Below, one piece after another: positions 33,844 through 35,438 of a DNA stretch of 35,438 nt; the stretch's first letter is position 1; each line of letters opens with the position of its first letter. The DNA is from Chloroflexota bacterium. GTDB taxonomy: Bacteria; Chloroflexota; Dehalococcoidia; Lucifugimonadales; JACPCL1. Position numbers and translations under genes: made by a program. The stretch lies in NCBI GenBank assembly GCA_016210395.1, contig JACQUI010000279.1, positions 1-35,438 of the forward strand, given 5' to 3'. The notes under the pieces were generated by a model. It ran no database searches. It had not been told where the DNA came from and saw only the letters and a program-made list of their open reading frames with translations.

Positions 33844-34743
33844 CTAGTCCACCTTCTGGGCCAGGGACGCCAGGCACATGCGCAGGGTCCGGCGGGTCAG
33901 CACCTTCACCAGCTCCCTGCGGTACTCAGCGGTGCCGCGCACGTCCGAGATGGGGCGCGCCGCCTCCACCGCCTTCTCGCCCGCCTCTGCAATGAGCGCG
34001 GCGGTGATCTGCTTGCCCTCCAGGACGGCCTCGGCAGCCTTGGCGCGGACAGGCGTCGGCGCTACAGACGCCAGGGCGATGCGGGCGGTGGCGCAGCGAT
34101 TGGTGCGGGAATCCAGGGCGATCATGCAGCCCACGCCCGCGACCGCAATGTCCATCTCGTTCCTGGGGATGAAGCGGAGGTAGTGGCCGCTGCTGTTGGG
34201 TGGAGGCGGAGGCACAATGACCTCCTGGATGATCTCATCGGGGGCGCAGACGTTCTGGCCTGGCCCGGTGAAGAACTCCTCCAGCAACACCTCGCGGCTG
34301 CCTCTGGGGCTGGTGAGCAGTACCTTAGCCCCGAAGGTGACGAGGCCGGGGATGGTATCGCCCGATGGTGCGGAGTTGCCGATGTTGCCGGCCATGCTGG
34401 CGCGGTTCTGGATCTGGGTGGAGCCTACGAGCTGGCAGGACTCGTGAATGGAGCCGTAGTGCTGGACCACCGCTGGGAAATGGGCGGTATCGGTGCAGCA
34501 GACGGCGGCGCCCACGTGGAGGCCGTCGCCGGGCACCCACTCCAGGCGCTTCATCTCGGGGATACGCTTGATGTCCAGGACGATGGAAGGGGTCCGCCGG
34601 TTGACGCGCATCTGGTCAACGAGGTCTGAACCGCCGACCAGGGCGCGTATGTCCCCTGGGCCTTTGGCCTGGGCCAGGACGTGGTGCGCCTCTTGCAGCG
34701 ACTTGGGAGCAGCATAGGTGAATGGTTTCAATGGGCCCTCCAC
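33844..34743 (-). CDS. FAD-binding medium subunit (CoxM-like)
   Basis: KPFTYAAPKSLQEA...LVGGSDLVDQM...IKRIPE is the typical FAD_binding_5/CO_deh_flav_C pattern. TTG 34731 (M-KPFTY), with GGAGGG 4 nt upstream, is a likelier start than GTG 34743. Confidence 0.9.
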   Translation of the reverse strand: MEGPLKPFTYAAPKSLQEAHHVLAQAKGPGDIRALVGGSDLVDQMRVNRRTPSIVLDIKRIPEMKRLEWVPGDGLHVGAAVCCTDTAHFPAVVQHYGSIHESCQLVGSTQIQNRASMAGNIGNSAPSGDTIPGLVTFGAKVLLTSPRGSREVLLEEFFTGPGQNVCAPDEIIQEVIVPPPPPNSSGHYLRFIPRNEMDIAVAGVGCMIALDSRTNRCATARIALASVAPTPVRAKAAEAVLEGKQITAALIAEAGEKAVEAARPISDVRGTAEYRRELVKVLTRRTLRMCLASLAQKVD

Positions 34744-34757
34744 AGGCGTTTGCTGGG

Positions 34758-34786
34758 ATTATACCGATGCCTCTTCAGATTGGCAA
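34758..34786 (-). promoter_or_regulatory. Near-consensus promoter of the cox-like operon (TTGCCA-17 nt-TATAAT on the minus strand)
   Basis: Minus-strand TATAAT is plus attata at 34758-34763. TTGCCA is plus tggcaa at 34781-34786. Confidence 0.6.
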
Positions 34787-34789
34787 CGA

Positions 34790-34817
34790 TTGACACCTCA
34801 AAGGCAAAGAGTATCAT
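34790..34817 (+). promoter_or_regulatory. Divergent promoter (TTGACA-16 nt-TATCAT) toward the VWA gene
   Basis: TTGACA at 34790-34795 and TATCAT at 34812-34817. Back-to-back with the minus-strand promoter, 3 nt apart. Confidence 0.5.
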
Positions 34818-34992
34818 AGCAGGTAGGCGGCGTTTTGGGGGGTTGTCCAAGCCGATGGCCTGCCCCTTGGTTTCGTCCACCTACGTGCACCGCTTTTCGC
34901 AGCCCCAGCCCTGTAACGAGGCAAAGCCTTTTTCGGGTGAACAGGCGGCGGGCCCCCGCAGCACGGCTGACGGCCCTATCAAAGGAGGCCCC

Positions 34993-35438
34993 ATGTTTCG
35001 CTATCGCTATTCCCAGTGGGACGGCACCCAGCGCATCTTTGAGCTGGACGACGACACCATCATGGACGAGCTGTCCGAGGACATCATGGCCCACGGGGAC
35101 CTCCAGCGCGCCCTGCGCAACATGATGCAGCGGGGCGTACGCGGGCGGGAGGGCGACGGGCTGCGGGGCCTGCGGGACCTGCGGGAGCGCCTGCGTCAGC
35201 GCCGGCAGGAGAACCTGGACCGCTATAACCTCAATAACGTCTTCAAGGATATTGAAGAGAAGCTGAACAACATCGTTCAGAAGGAGCGGGGCGGCATTGA
35301 CCGGCGTGTCCAGGAGACACGGGAGCAGGCCGCTGAGAACACAGAGCTTTCGCCGGAGCAGAAGGAGAAGCTGCTGGACATGATGGAGCAGCGGGCCAAC
35401 CGCAACCGGGACCAGCTTGACCAGCTCCCGGACAGTCC
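34993..35438 (+). CDS. N-terminal part of a VWA-domain (CoxE-like) protein, 3' end beyond the window
   Basis: Not in the ORF track because no stop is reached. ATG 34993 follows AAGGAGG. MFRYRYSQWDGTQRIFELDDDTIMDELSEDIMAHGDLQRALRNMMQRG... is open to the window end. Product assignment is from memory of similar N-termini. Confidence 0.6.
   Translation, partial: MFRYRYSQWDGTQRIFELDDDTIMDELSEDIMAHGDLQRALRNMMQRGVRGREGDGLRGLRDLRERLRQRRQENLDRYNLNNVFKDIEEKLNNIVQKERGGIDRRVQETREQAAENTELSPEQKEKLLDMMEQRANRNRDQLDQLPDS

Noticed and set aside
24258-34629. Other long shadow ORFs: 24258..25763 (+), 26159..27220 (+), 27158..27985 (-), 28754..30322 (-), 31105..32259 (+), 33808..34629 (+); also 1217..2314 (-)
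   Set aside because: Each lies antisense to a motif-supported gene, or spans non-coding DNA plus the antisense of a gene. All are typical of GC-rich DNA.

Overview
High-GC (roughly 60-65% by eye) chromosomal segment with about 30 protein-coding genes on both strands. All are housekeeping, stress or central-metabolism types. I saw no rRNA, tRNA, CRISPR array, intact transposase, phage gene or recognisable defence gene. Gene order, left to right: htrA (5' truncated); a small membrane protein; an orphan NarL/LuxR-type regulator with a degenerate receiver; a large Cys-free Ig-like secreted surface (S-layer-like) protein with a consensus promoter and ~360-nt leader; a PT-linker membrane-anchored protein; CIRCE-hrcA-dnaJ-prmA; a tightly coupled npdG-yhhQ pair; an alpha/beta hydrolase; a stress block (DUF4395-like, hsp20, triple-BON, frameshifted CBS-pair, DksA/TraR zinc finger); a heterodimeric ABC exporter; glyoxylate-shunt aceB-aceA (aceB broken by one in-frame TAA); a coiled-coil membrane protein; a usp-RCK-trkA-pheA operon; two tandem ACT-domain malic enzyme paralogues; a coxMSL-like molybdenum hydroxylase operon; and the 5' part of a CoxE-like VWA gene. 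The most unusual signals are non-coding. (1) A ~71-nt structured repeat has two full copies in the abnormally long spacers of the cox-like operon, plus partial copies in the dnaJ-prmA spacer, and its stems covary around an invariant TGGTCA loop. (2) A family of short CCYCCCC/GGGGRGG hairpins sits at five intergenic sites. (3) A 253-bp element bounded by inverted repeats carries an orphan ORF tail. (4) A minus-strand intrinsic terminator lies inside the surface-protein leader. I found no clear novel protein system. Taxon cannot be fixed from this window; the content fits a high-GC lineage such as Chloroflexota or Actinomycetota. All calls come from reading the sequence and ORF translations, with no database search.
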